From the NCBI GenBank assembly GCA_010093705.1, contig MU006099.1:558001-622000 (forward strand): 64,000 bases of DNA, given 5' to 3'. Positions 51,298 to 64,000 of the stretch are shown here, piece after piece (position 1 is the first letter of the stretch; each line of letters begins with the position of its first letter). The translations under genes and the position numbers were made by a program. Source of the DNA: Patellaria atrata CBS 101060. Lineage: Eukaryota. Under the pieces are notes generated by a model, which worked only from the letters and a program-made list of their open reading frames with translations, did not search any database and was not told where the DNA came from.

Positions 51298-52278
51298 ATG
51301 GCAGATGTCAATGCCCAGTTCGAAGTCCTCAGAGAACTTAGACCTACTGATGGAGGAGAGAGAGGACAGTTCAACTGCGGTATCTACTTAGTACGAGATC
51401 GTAGTACTGGTCAAGTGTGCGTTCAGAAAAGGCTGAATCGTGGAAGTGCAGGTAGATGGTCCTTTCTACGCGAAGCCAGACTCATCCATGATAATCGACA
51501 TCCCAACATCATCGGATATATCGACCATTCATGGCCGCGTGGTGGGCCAATAGGGAGTATCTACACGGAGTACTGCGATCTTGGAGCCTTGGATAGCATG
51601 ATCATCAGGTATCGTCAAAATGAAAGACCTGTTCCCGAAGCGTTCGTTTGGTATATTCTCTACGAGATGACTAAAGCCTTAGCTTTCCTTCATGAAGGCG
51701 TCGTCATGACACCCGGAGAATATGGGCGCTGGAGTCATGTTGCTGTCATCCACCGAGACATCAAACCAGGTAACATGTTTCTCTCTTCTTTTGAGGGTGG
51801 GTATGTCCGTTGTGTCCTCGGCGATTTTGGCATTGCAATGAGTTCAGACGATCATAGAGATCGCTCTGGTGAAATGTTAAGGGACGTTTTCGATAGAGAC
51901 TGGTCCAGTCCCGAGGGTCCATCCAATAGGAGAGCCGATGTTTTCAGTCTAGGAAAGGTAATTTGTTCCCTTTGCTCACTCCAAATATATGGTCGGTATA
52001 TCAATGGGGCGGATGACATTCCAGCAGTTTATTCTAGGGATCTTCGCGACTTGGTAGATCGCATGATGAATTATAGAGCTGTAGAGCGAATTCAATCCAA
52101 AGACCTCCTCATAAAGCTGAAGAGAATACTTTTTCCCCATGGTCAATTCTTTAAGCTGGACAGATTACCCGCCTGGGCTTTACCGCCATTAGAGGAGCGT
52201 AGGAGAGTTCCCAGATATCAACCACAAGAACATAGACCATTTGACCCATATCAATCCTGGGTCCATCGGAATGTTTGA
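51298..52278 (+). CDS. Divergent Ser/Thr protein kinase (NimA/NEK-like)
   Basis: VQK (VAIK), HPNII, EYCDLGAL, HRDIKPGN, LGDFG, SPE and ADVFSLG motifs; intronless. Confidence 0.85.
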   Translation: MADVNAQFEVLRELRPTDGGERGQFNCGIYLVRDRSTGQVCVQKRLNRGSAGRWSFLREARLIHDNRHPNIIGYIDHSWPRGGPIGSIYTEYCDLGALDSMIIRYRQNERPVPEAFVWYILYEMTKALAFLHEGVVMTPGEYGRWSHVAVIHRDIKPGNMFLSSFEGGYVRCVLGDFGIAMSSDDHRDRSGEMLRDVFDRDWSSPEGPSNRRADVFSLGKVICSLCSLQIYGRYINGADDIPAVYSRDLRDLVDRMMNYRAVERIQSKDLLIKLKRILFPHGQFFKLDRLPAWALPPLEERRRVPRYQPQEHRPFDPYQSWVHRNV

Positions 52279-52846
52279 GCAACTCTTCACCATGCTAAGT
52301 CCCCTCAGCTATTGTAAGCTCAGTACATATTTAGGTAAATTAAAAAATATACTATTTCTGTGGTGATAAAAGCGAGTCGTAGTCTTACAGTAGGTACGTT
52401 TGGTGAGGGAAGTTTCAAATCGAACCAAATAGATGTTATGATGGATTAAAGTACGTGAACTCTTATTTTGTACTCCGTAGAGAATTTAAAAATCAATTTT
52501 GTTCATCGTTCTGTATCAGCTGAGGTCCCTGGACGGTTTTGAAAATGCCCTTTTATTTCGATTGCTCCTTTCGAATCTCGATTTGCCATTCATAAAGGAC
52601 GTCAAAAGAACGCTTTTCTGATTGGCCTAAACCAAACGGAGTCCACGGTTGGCAAAGCTGCGCTCTTAGTTCTATAGTCCACCGTAGTTCTCCCTCTTTA
52701 CAAGGGTCTAGGGTTAGAAAAAATTCCCAACTTTAGCCCCACGACATTTTCCTCCCGCCCTCTATAATCCACCTTACTTCTACTAATCTTCTTTCTTTGT
52801 TAATAATTTGGATCGAAGGTTTTACCCTCAAGCTCACCTCTCTAGC

Positions 52847-55800
52847 ATGGCGGAGCAACAGTTTGTAGAGCTACTTCAGACTCTACTCAAACGTGAGTTT
52901 TCCTTTGAACCTGGGGTGTGCTTTCCTGAATGCTTAAATCTTATAGCAAATACCGAAGGCGTCAAGGCTGCAACTGCAACATTGAACAAGGAATACTACA
53001 CATCCCCCGCATCTCTCACAGCTCTACTCCAGATTCTTACCTCCCATGAGTCGTCTGCCCTACGTCAGCTCGCGGCTGTGGAGTCGAGAAAGCTGGTCTC
53101 GAAACACTGGGCCGCCGTGCCAGCTGACCAAAAGCCGACAATAAGGAATCAATTACTTCAAACTACATTCACTGAAGATGATAAGCTTGTGCGGCATTCC
53201 AAAGCACGCGTCGTCTCTGCGATTGCACAGTATGACCTTGAGGACGGACAGTGGGGTGACCTTCCTCCATTGCTCCAGCGAGCCGCCGTGGAGCAAAACG
53301 CCCAACATAGGGAAGTCGGTGTATACATTCTCTTCACATTGTTAGAAACTCTGGGTGATCTGTTCACTGAGAATCTTACGGATCTCTTCACATTGTTCAG
53401 CAAGACTATCCAGGATCCTGAGAGCATGGACGTGAAAATTAACACTATGTTATGTTTAAGTCGCATTGCCATGATGGTTGACCCCGATGAAGATGAGAGA
53501 TCACTTAAACTGTTCCAAGACGCGGTTCCACATCTTGTTGCTGTACTCAAGGCTACTGTGGATGCTGGAGACGAGGAGCACGCTCTTCAAGCATTTGAGA
53601 TTTTCCAGACACTTATCGGTCTCGAAAGTGCTCTCTTAAACAATCATTTTGGTGACTTGATCAAATTCATGATTGACCTAGCCTCACAGACCGAGATTGA
53701 CGATGAGTACCGAGCACAAGCGCTGGCATTTTTAATGTCATGTGTAAGGTATCGCAAGCTCAAGATCCAAGGCCTGCGTCTAGGTGAACTTATAACTACA
53801 AAAGCTTTGCAAATCGTCACCGAGTTAGGAGATCTATCGGCTGAAGAGGAAGATGTGACTCCGGCTCGGTCTGCACTGGGTCTTTTGGATATACTTGCTT
53901 CCAGTTTACCACCAACTCAAGTTGTTGTACCACTACTGAAAGCAATCGGCCCGTACGTCACCTCTCAAGATCCTGACTATAGAAGAGCTGGAATTCTAGC
54001 ACTTGGCATGTGCGTTGAAGGAGCACCTGATTTCATCTCGACGCAGCTAAAAGAAATACTTCCTCTGGTTTTGCACTTGCTAGAGGATCAGGACATCAAG
54101 GTCCGTGCAGCAGCTCTCAATGGTGTTGCACGTTTGGCCGATGATCTGGCAGAGGACATGGGTGAAGAGCACTCACGCCTTATCCCAGCGCTTATCAAGA
54201 ACTTTGATCTTGCCATAACACAGGACCAAAAGAATGAACGGAATCTGGAGATTATCCGTGGAAGCTGTAATGCTGTTGACTCCTTTATCGAAGGATTGGA
54301 CACGGAAGACGCCGCCAAATACGTCCCCGAATTAGTACCGCGTTTTAGTCAACTCTTCGAACATGAGGATTACAAGAGCAGAATAGCAGCAATTGGCGCT
54401 ATTGGATCAATTGCCGCTGCGGGAGAAGAAGCGTTTCTACCGTTTTTCGAGCCTACTATGAGGGCATTAGGACCCTATATTTCTCTTAAGGAGTCTCAAG
54501 CCGATCTGGACCTACGCGGAGTCGTCTGTGACTCTCTAGGCAAGATTGCTTCAGCTGTTGGTGCGGAACCGTTCAAACCATACGTCGGTCCATTGATGCA
54601 TGCATCAGAGGAAGCCCTGCATCTCGACCATCCGAGACTACGGGAGACTAGCTATATCCTATGGAGTACTATAGCAAAGGTCTACGAAGAGAACTTTGAA
54701 CCGTATCTAGAAGGATGTATTCAGGGGCTACAAGAATGCTTACAGCAAGATGAAGCGGAAGATGAGGTTCAGCTTGGCGAAGAAGCTAAGGATCTCATAG
54801 GTGCAGAAGTTAGTATAGCAGGGAAGAAGGTCAGAGTTGTCAGTGCAACGAATGATGATGACGATGACGATATTCTTGATGGTATCGACGGAGACGATGA
54901 TGACTGGGACGACCTTCTCGGCGGTATGAGCGCTGTCGCTATGGAAAAGGAGATTGCTATTGAAGTTGTCGGAGACGTTATTACATACACCCGTCGCAAA
55001 TTTTTACCTTATTTCCAAAAGACGGTGGAGATCATTCTTGGAATGGTAGACCACGAGTATGAAGGTGTTAGAAAATCAGCCATTGGCACCCTATGGCGCG
55101 CCTTCGCTTGTCTCTGGGGTCTAGAAGAAGGTAGTGGAATGGAGAAATGGAAGCCAGGAATCCCTCTTCAAGTACAACCGACAGACGACCTAATCAAATT
55201 CGGTCGTCTGGTCATGACTGGTACTCTCCAGATCCTAACAACAGAAGAAGATCGGTAAGTCACGATCTGTTTGGTGCTTGCCGTTTTTTTTTGAAGCCTT
55301 TTGCATGATGACACACATTCGTTACACCCAGCTCACTCTGACGCCCGAAAGTTCGGTTGAAGTGAACGCGCTATTAATCCTGATATTTCTGGTTCCAAAT
55401 TTCATGTTAAGCGATGCTTTTATCTCCCTGTATTTGACTAATCTCATTCTAGAGCTACTGTAACCGACATCAATCGGTCGCTCGCAGCCAGCCTCAAACT
55501 CTGTGGCCCCGCTGTCCTTACTACCGAAAGCGGAACTGTTGTTAAGGAGCTCACGGAACAGCTTGTCATAATCCTCACCAAGAAACATCCCTGCCAGCAG
55601 GATTTAGGTGATGAGGGTGACGATGAAGTCATGGAGGAGTCATCGGAATACGACTGGCTAGTTATTGAAACTGCTCTTGACGTAGTGTCATGCTTTTCGG
55701 TCGCTCTAGGCCCTAGCTTCGGAGAACTGTGGAAGATATTCAACAAGCCTGTGATCAAGTATGCAAGCAGTCAGGAGAGGAGTGAGCGCAGCCAATCAGT

Positions 55801-56395
55801 TGGAACAATTGCTGAGTGTATCGGCAATATGGGCGTGGCATGTACAGAGTACACATCCGCTTTGCTCAAGTTGCTACTCCACCGTCTCAGTGATGAGGAT
55901 CCCGATACGAAGTCGAATGCGGCTTACGCTGTTGGCCTACTCTGCGAGAACTCTGGAGCTGAACAAGAGATCCTGAAGGCATACCCCACAATTTGTGCCA
56001 AACTGGACCCGATGCTTAGCGAAGGGCAACATGCGAGGATGCTCGACAACGCAGCCGGATGCGTGAGCAGGATGATCTCAGCACATCCAACTCATATACC
56101 TGTAAGTGAGGTATTACCGCGTCTTGTCCAGTTCCTTCCCTTGAGGGAGGATTTCGAAGAACACAAACCGATCTTCCAAATGATCTTCAAACTTTGTAAG
56201 TTATTTCTCGTCCTATGATTCCATCTTACGGACCTAACATACTGTGTAGATCAGTCTAATGATGCTACAATACAACAACTCACTCCTCAACTGATGCAAG
56301 TCTTCCAAAAGGTCGTGGAATCTCCAGAAGAGCAAGTCGATGAGGAGACCAAGACGAAGATCGTTGAACTAGTGCAATACTTGCAGAGTAAATAG
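52847..56395 (+). CDS. KAP123: Importin beta-4 (HEAT repeats); introns 52893-52946, 55255-55452, 56196-56249
   Basis: IBN_N (RQLAAVESRK), EGAPDFISTQL, KHPCQQD, EYDWLVIETALD and DNAAGCVSRM. Spliced frames verified. Confidence 0.93.
55300..55388 (+). ncRNA. Intronic box C/D snoRNA, snR71/SNORD29-like
   Basis: Box C ATGATGA at 55305-55311, guide ACCCAGCTCAC at 55326-55336 followed by D' CTGA at 55338-55341, small hairpin CCGAA-AG-TTCGG, box D CTGA at 55380-55383. Lies in a 198-nt intron. Confidence 0.85.
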
Positions 56396-58688
56396 ACGCT
56401 AGATGCGCCTCACTCGGTGTTGTTGGGTGGCAGGTCAAAAGAGTTCATATATCGGGTTGGCTGTGGCTGGGAAGGTAATGATGGCAAAAGTAATGATACC
56501 ACGAGGTAGTTCATGATTCTCACGACGAGCTTACGAGCATATGTTAGTTTCAGGAGGTTAATTCAATGTAGCAAATAGAGGGTTATGATGCATAACAATC
56601 TTTATGCATTCTGCATGAGCGACGTATAATTCTTCTGCTCTTTTGGATCTAAAAATTGTTAATGTAATCTTTCCGCCGTGTATAGCTTTTAGAGAGGGCC
56701 ATTATTTGAGGCAAGTAAAACAGGTCGTCGACTCTAAGATCTGCGGGTAGGTAACGGGGAACATAAGGTAGATACCTTATAATATCATTGTAGCACTAGA
56801 ACTACACCTCGCTTAGCTATGACTTTCGTTTATGACGTCGTGGAAACTCGGTGCGGTTGAGTTCTCTTTGACGGTCCATATTCAATTGAACTGAGCTATC
56901 AAGCTACCATTTTAGAATTTATGACAGGCCTTTGCTCTTTCTTTAGATTTTGATATTTTTTTTTTAAAGAAGTATCGGACTGTCAGGAGCAATGATCGTG
57001 CCCATCACCCCGTTATGGCCATCTTGTGACGACTATCCTGCCCGAATTCGGTCGGCAAGACGATGGTAAATTCCCAATCAGTTGTATACCAGACTTTTAC
57101 TAACCGTCTACAAAAGATCCATCTATGCGAATGCCGAATAGTCCAGTGCGGTTCCTCCTTGGAGTGTCCAAATGAGAAACGAAAACCCTGAGATTGTACC
57201 GTTCTATACTGTACCGTACAGGACAAAGACAGTCCATGGTACAGTACCCAAAATGATGATGCTCCTATCATTGAAAATGGAAGATTTCACAACGTTTAAA
57301 CATCCCTAGGAAGTATTTGTTAATTTACGTTAGTCTCCGTTTCGGTATCCGGTCCCTTAATATTTAGGGGCACAACTTGGCAGTTTAAAAACGGGAGCTA
57401 AAACTCTATTTAGACAACCCTGAACGGTTGCTTCTTAGAAATCCTTGCCGAGGATCTTCTACCTTTTTGTAACCTCAGGTCAAGGACGCCAAAGCGCCTT
57501 CAACTTGTACATGTACGAGTACGGAGGAGCGCCCCAGACGGCAGGCAGCGTCTCATCTTACTGTACAACCAAAACGCTGAAGGACATCGTATCTAATAAA
57601 ACAATGAATTTAGAGCTTTTACCACCGATATTGCACTCCCATATGACCCTCACAGTCTACAAAAGAAGCAAAAAATTATAAGCGTCTCACACATGTAGAA
57701 GGTATCCCTGGATCCTAAAACTAATACAGTGATCCAGTTCAGGCATTCTCCAATACACAGCAATTCTTAAAAGATATTAGAATTTGTCGCCGGGGAACAC
57801 ATGAATGGTCTCCATCCCGAAGCTTCTATTATAGTACAGCACCCTCCACTTCTACCTTGGCTCTCTCTCAGAGAGGATTAAGAATCTCTTAAGACGATCT
57901 ACGGTTACCATGACGTCTAATCTAAAGCTAAAATCTCCGATGGGGAGCTGAAACTTGATCTATTATAGCGTCTCCCCCTGGAACTTGCAGGCTTGAGCAT
58001 GAACATTCCAATCGCGCTAAACACCAACCTTTTGTGGGACTTATCAAGGCGCGCAACGACGTGTTGCAGCACGTTAAATTTTCGACAAAGCATTTGAAAA
58101 GCTTGTTTATAATGCTCCCTCCGTCAATCGCGGATTTCATCACTGTGGCGTCTGAGTATTTAAGCCCAAGCCCTCTAATCTTGTCGCAGTAGCCATGCTA
58201 TAACTGAGCCATGTCTACATCTCCACCACTCTTTTAGATGCAAGATAAGTGCTCTACGCCCCAAAGCCATGGTACTCAATTTGGAAAGGCGATTGGCCTG
58301 AGGTGGATAAGACGCTTCAGAACTTCAGAACTTCGGAACTTCCACTTATTCATGTTCTTATTGACCATATGACGACAAATAACTGACCTGTTCGTCGAAA
58401 ACTCTCGAAAAGAGTTAAACACCGTGGCTCTGCTCAACCAAAGGTGGGGTGGGCTGAGGCTTGATAATCTGTGTAGCTAGAATTCTATGATACACTCCGT
58501 ACTATTCTTTTCCTCCTTACCATCTTATTTAGTCACTTCTGCAGTCTTTCCGCCTTTGACTGTGTTTCACTCGACGAAAGCTTCACTCTCAGCTCTCGTG
58601 GCATTATTTAGTTCTTTGCCAGTCGTTCTTTATCATAGTCATTTCTCAGAGATATCCTTAATTACGTGATCTCAGGGAGGTGATAAAT

Positions 58689-60806
58689 ATGAGGATCATT
58701 TTATGGACTCTTGTTCTATGCCTCGCGGGTACTGTCCCTGCGATGGCCTCAGAGTTTGATAAGCATGATGGTGGCGAGTTAGGAATTCCGAAAAGAGAAG
58801 TCCACGAAGAGAATATGTGTCCAGCTGCAACAGTCACTATTACTGCTACAATTACAGTTGATTACACTGCCACTGCCTATCCTCACCGCGAGCAAGGGGG
58901 AGTCGTTAACGGCACATATCCTTTACCCGAGAAGACTAGAAGCAGCTATGAAGGCCCCATCGTCCCAAAGGTGATTATGAACCAACATCTCCTTATTATG
59001 ATGCGCCTAGTGGAGGATCCCCAGCGTATTATTCGAAACCTACAGAGGCTTACGGTGGTATCCCAACTGGTCCCTACAACCCTGTCCCTACGAACTCTTA
59101 TCCCCCGCCAGGAGAAAACAAATGCATTCGCTGCGAAGATCAACCTGGAGATGACGAATGGTGCGGCTACGACATAAACACCAATTACTACAAGTACGTT
59201 GTAAAAACCTGCAGGATAATTCATTATTCACTTCGGATCCAAAATACTACTATTTCTCCGGATGGTGTAGAAAGGATTGCTCTCACGGTGAACGGTCAAA
59301 TGCCGGGCCCACTTATCGAAGCGAATTGGGGAGATACGGTCAAAGTTACCGTCATCAATGAACTTGAGAATAATGAGACATTTATTCATTTCCACGGAAT
59401 CCGTCAGAACTACACAAATCAACACGATGGTGTTCCATCGATTACTCAATGCCCTATTGCTCCCAATGAATCTCAAACATATACTTGGGTTGCTTCCCAG
59501 TATGGATCTTCCTGGTATCTTACCACTTCGCTATTCAAGCATGGGAAGGTATTTTTGGTGGTATTATTATCCATGGCCCTCACTCGGCTGACTACGATGA
59601 GGATTACGGTATGGTATTCCTGCAGGATTGGGACCACGATACTGTAGACTCTATGTACGATTAAGCCCAATCTGTAACTGATCCCCTCGGTGGACCTCGT
59701 ACACTCGATACTAGCTAGATTAATAGCAAGAATACTTGGGGGCAATATAACCGATGCGGTCGGAGAACATACAGTCTTCGATTATGTGCCGGGAAAGAGA
59801 TATCTTCTCCGCGTAATCAATGTTGCCATCCAATCAACTTTCAAATTCTTCATCGGCGGTCACAAGTTTAAGGTTATCTCTACGGATTTCAGCCCTATCG
59901 TACCGTATGATGGTGAGATCTTGAACGTCAATATTGGTAAGCAGGTTTGTATTCAAACAGTAAGAGATTATAATTAATATGTTCCAGGCCAACGATATAA
60001 TCTCATTATTGAGGCCGACCAACCAATCAATAACTACTGGATGCGTTCGGACAACCAGAACGTGTGTGCAAATATTACGCAAGCTTTGGACACCAAAGCC
60101 ATTGTCCACTACGAAGGAGCTCCCACAGGTCCTCTCACTACCTCGGGCAACACTTATACAGGCGCATGTGTCGACGAGCCTATGGCCAGCTTAGTCCCGA
60201 TCCTGCAACTCAACGTAGGCAGCGAAATCGACCTAGAGATCAACAAAAACATCACCATCGCACCCAACGGCGATAACCCGAACCTCTTCAGATGGTACTT
60301 GTCCGGAACGATATTTAAGTCGCAATGGGGTGATCCTACATTGTACAACATCGTCGCAAACGGCACCGTACCAGACGACAGCGGGGATCTTCTCATCGAA
60401 ATCTCCAACGAGGGCGAGTGGGTGTACATGATCGTGCAGAGCGCTATGCCACTCCCGCACCCTATCCAATCTCCACGGTCACGATTTCTTTGTCCTCGGT
60501 CAGGGTCTTGGCGAATATACCTCGGGCACCCCTCTTAATCTCGTCAACCGGCCTCGTAGGGATACGGCCCTCATGGACGGCTTGGGATACCTTGTCATTG
60601 CGTTCATCACTGACAATCCGGGTGTTTGGCTCATGCATTGTCATGTCGGCTGGCATACGTCTATGGGTCTTGCGCTGCAGATCGTGGAGGCCATGGATCA
60701 AATTCCGCAGACGGTAGATGATCCGGAGATTATTTCGGATACTTGTAGAGCGTGGGATGAGTATGCTTCGAATAGGGGTCTTATTGTTCCTGATTCCGGC
60801 GTGTAG
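58689..60806 (+). pseudogene. Laccase (AA1 multicopper oxidase) pseudogene; intron 59937-59987
   Basis: Signal peptide, VNGQMPGPLIEANWGD, HFHG, HCHVGWHTSMGL and C-terminal DSGV. Frameshifts at ~58957, ~59520, ~59740 and ~60468; stops at 59662-59664 and 59716-59718. Confidence 0.9.
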
Positions 60807-61846
60807 ATAGTTGTGTTTATCGGTTTGGGTCTAGTGGTAGCCTAATTAGTACATATAGCGTTTTAGATAGATACATTTTGTGATTTATTAGGATTTATTA
60901 GGAATTCACTGTTCTTACTGTTGTAGTTATTGGGGAGGATATGTGCTGCATTGCAAATAATTGTATCAGCGGGTCTTTGCGGGATAGAAACAGCCCCATC
61001 AAATTGGGGTTCCAGCAACTGGGTCTACGGAAGGTTGTGATGTCACGATCACATTTCCGGGGTGTATATAACTTTTCTGCATGATACAAACGCTTTGTTG
61101 CTGGATTAGATCTGATCTTTTGGTAAGAAATGTGTGTCGACACCTCCCTCCTTATTCTTAGACTTCATGACCTGCCACAACTTGATGTCTTCCTTGTTTG
61201 TTTCTTGCGATACGAGAAGATTCAGACCTGTTGGTAAAATATGTACATGCCACGGGAGAGGCAACCACAACAGCTTTGAACCCACTGTTGAAGTAACATA
61301 TCAATGTAGCTGTGGAACTTATGTAAATAGTAGAAAAATTTTTATAGAGAAGTTAAGATGAGGAAAGCCCTGTGCTAAGGCCGTGATTGATTATCTTATA
61401 TACATTCATGGAGTCAATCTCTAATGTTTTCGATGATAATGTAATGTTCAACTGTTTTGGCCTGAGTCTATGGCTTCAATTGATGATTTTAATCCCTGAG
61501 GACAACACCCACTCCCGTCTATCGCGCCGCTGATCCATAACCCTACCATACTTCGTATAAACCTATACTTGAGTTCAAAGTGCAATGTTCCCCAGAGCGA
61601 ACAGCCCTCTTCATGGTGTTATTCCTTTCGTTATCATGCTAGTTATGATATAGATTCATTTAACGGAGTCGAAGGGAACCCGCAATAAGCCATGCTCTTG
61701 ACAAGTCAGCATTCTCAGCTTATTTCTTAGCACGACGTGCAAGGACATCCATCTGCAGACGCTCAAGCGACTGGGTCATGGCTAAGCAACCTGCAAATTA
61801 GTCATCCGTGATGAATCAAGGGACGAACACGCTCTCACATGTTCCT

Positions 61847-64000
61847 TTACCCCTTACCCTCGAACCCTCTATCCAGCTTCGCCGCGGCCGCTTTTTCGGC
61901 CTCTCCTCTCGTTCCTTGCTGTGTCCCTTGTCCCGGCCTGCCCGGATTTTCCTTCATGAAATGTTGCATCCAAGGTGCTAATTTGTCGAGCGATCCTGGT
62001 ATCGGTAACTGGGTTGCAGGAGCGTGCTTCTTGCCTTCGATATTGGAGGTGGGTGATCCCTTCGTTAGAGTGAAATCTGCAACACCAGCTGTAGCGGAAT
62101 GCAATTTGATATTCTCCTTACGTCTGAGGCCTACCTGTCCGCGGTTGTCCATGAAAGTTTCGTAACCATGTTGGTCGAGAACTTCGGATGGAACAGATTT
62201 TCGCCCTTCTAGGGAGCGGATCACAGCTTGATTTTCCTTGTTGCCTTCCATGAGGAAGCGTAGGCACATGATGGCATGTTCCTTGATGTAGGGGTTGTGC
62301 TCATCATGATTGCAGCAATTGAGTATGGCTTCGATGCCTCCGTGAATGCGGATTTGATCTTGGACCTGTCGAGATTTCCAGATTAGGGAGGATAAAACGA
62401 GAATGCAGAGTTTCTTGAGATTTCTCCACTCGAAGTCAGAGGGCTCATCGTGAGCTAATTGTGTGTAGGGGTCAGTTGGTGAAGGGAGATAGGGATCTGT
62501 TGGAGGTAACGCTGGCGCATTAACGTCGTATGGCCTTTCTACAGATACAGGAGCCGCTTGAGCAGCATAAGCCTGTTGTTGTTGGTGTTGAGCATTTCTA
62601 CGATGAGCGTGTATCGGACCCGCTTTTGGAATAGCTGCATCAAGTTCTTTCAGCAGAGTGACCAATTCACTTGTTATCTCCCACTCCGCCATCATCGACT
62701 TCCAAACGTCATGCTCGGTCAATATGGCAAAGAACTCAAGGTATTGATAGACACCTTCGTACATGCGTTCCATATCCCAGAGATTCAGTGGAAAGTCCTC
62801 CGGCATTGCACGACCGATGCAAATCTGGCCTTGAAGGAATATTAAGGCGCATGTTTGGGGTATAATATGACGACGGAATTCAGTAAACAGAAAATTGACC
62901 ATATGAACATCAACCTTTAGCGGATATGTAAGCCGCTGGGATGTCGACTGGTCTCTGCTTTCTGTCTCTTTGGACAGCGAAAGAGGCGATATCGATGCCT
63001 GTCGAGCGCGAAAGATATTTGTTAACAACTTCATTATAACAGCTTGGGCAGGCGATATGATATCTTTTGATCTACACAATATTAACAAGAAAAGTAGAAA
63101 TAGAAAGAGAGACTCACTCTCTGAAAGCATGGTACGAGAACGGCATCAGGCCGTTCATAAGGATTGCTTCCATTATCTTGACCATGAATTTGAAGTATAA
63201 CTCCTCTTCTCGGAGATCCCAAGCAGCGACAAAGATAAGAAGTTCTCGGAGCAGATTGCGACCATTGTCTTGCGCAAGAAGAATATGGCATCGGACAGTG
63301 TGATAATTTTTGATGGAATTAACCTCCTCTGGTGTTGAGCCATAACCAGGCTGCCGGGGTGATGTAGGAGGTACTACCCCTGACATGATGATCATTGGCA
63401 ATACTTCGATCTCGGTAGGACCAAGGATCAGTGGAACATCTGTCAGAAGACCACGGCCATCGTCTCCAGGGACTACGTAATCATCATCTTCGCTGCCTTC
63501 CTCTTCGCTCAGGTCATCTAGGAGCGCATCTGCTGGAGCAACTCTGATTTCCAGTTCTGCAACTGGTGGAGGCGGAGGCGGGGATGTTGGAGACATAACA
63601 GGAGAAGCAGGAGATATAACCTGGCTTGATACTACCGCTTGACGGTCAGTATCAGTCTCCAGACGCTTCATAAGATCATCCTTGCCATTTTGAAGGATCT
63701 TCGTACCATAACCAGCGGTATAAGCCATCTTGTAATCTGCTTCTACTGCCGGAGACGGCTCTACTATTTCTCCCTTGTTTGGTATCGAGAGTAGAATTTC
63801 AGCAACAGACGGTGATGGCATTCCGTTCTTAAAAGGACCATCTGTTACTGCGTCTCCTGTGCTTACCTGACCAAGCTCCATAGCAGCTTCGATTTTACCG
63901 GTCTCAAATTTGAGGTTATCAATTGAGCGTCTAAGTTCTCTGAGCTCGGCGTTCTGCTTAGCAACTTCCTCCCGGCTTTCTGTTTCCTCCGTGTCTCGTC
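61847..64000 (-). CDS. Ataxin-10/Ctr86-like protein, 5' end outside window; intron 63072-63117
   Basis: WRNLKKLCILVLSSL..VQDQIRIHGGIEAILNCC..DEHNPYIKEHAIMCLRFLMEGNKENQ (Atx10 homology domain). Frame open to the window edge. Confidence 0.85.

Noticed and set aside
58315..58345. (CTTCAGAA)x3 tandem resembling a heat-shock element upstream of the laccase
   Set aside because: GAA/TTC spacing does not fit nGAAn arrays; it is a simple short tandem repeat.

Overview
Gene-dense eukaryotic DNA from a filamentous ascomycete (Pezizomycotina-type short GT-AG introns with CTRAC branch sites). It holds about 24 protein-coding genes. Most are housekeeping: MAK5, TRM7, CWC16/Yju2 family, SUP35, YRB30, BSD-domain protein, TSR2, an HSL-family hydrolase, type-2 asparaginase, an adenylosuccinate-lyase-family gene, a WW/FF protein, PRE9, NCR1/NPC1, a DUF2433-like protein, KAP123 and an ataxin-10-like gene. 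Lineage-specific genes are interspersed. The window also holds a complete but inactivated Fot1/pogo DNA transposon and a laccase pseudogene. Most notable: (1) a nested spliceosomal twin intron (stwintron) in the adenylosuccinate lyase gene that can be removed by either a [D1,2] or an [A2,3] route; (2) an intronic box C/D snoRNA in KAP123 with a guide for LSU rRNA (snR71-like); (3) two ORFs with bacterial-toxin-like motifs (CheD/CNF1-type deamidase; PemK/MazF-like domain); (4) a hairpin-forming 34-bp minisatellite family at two loci 37 kb apart. All family assignments are by motif recognition; no database searches were run.
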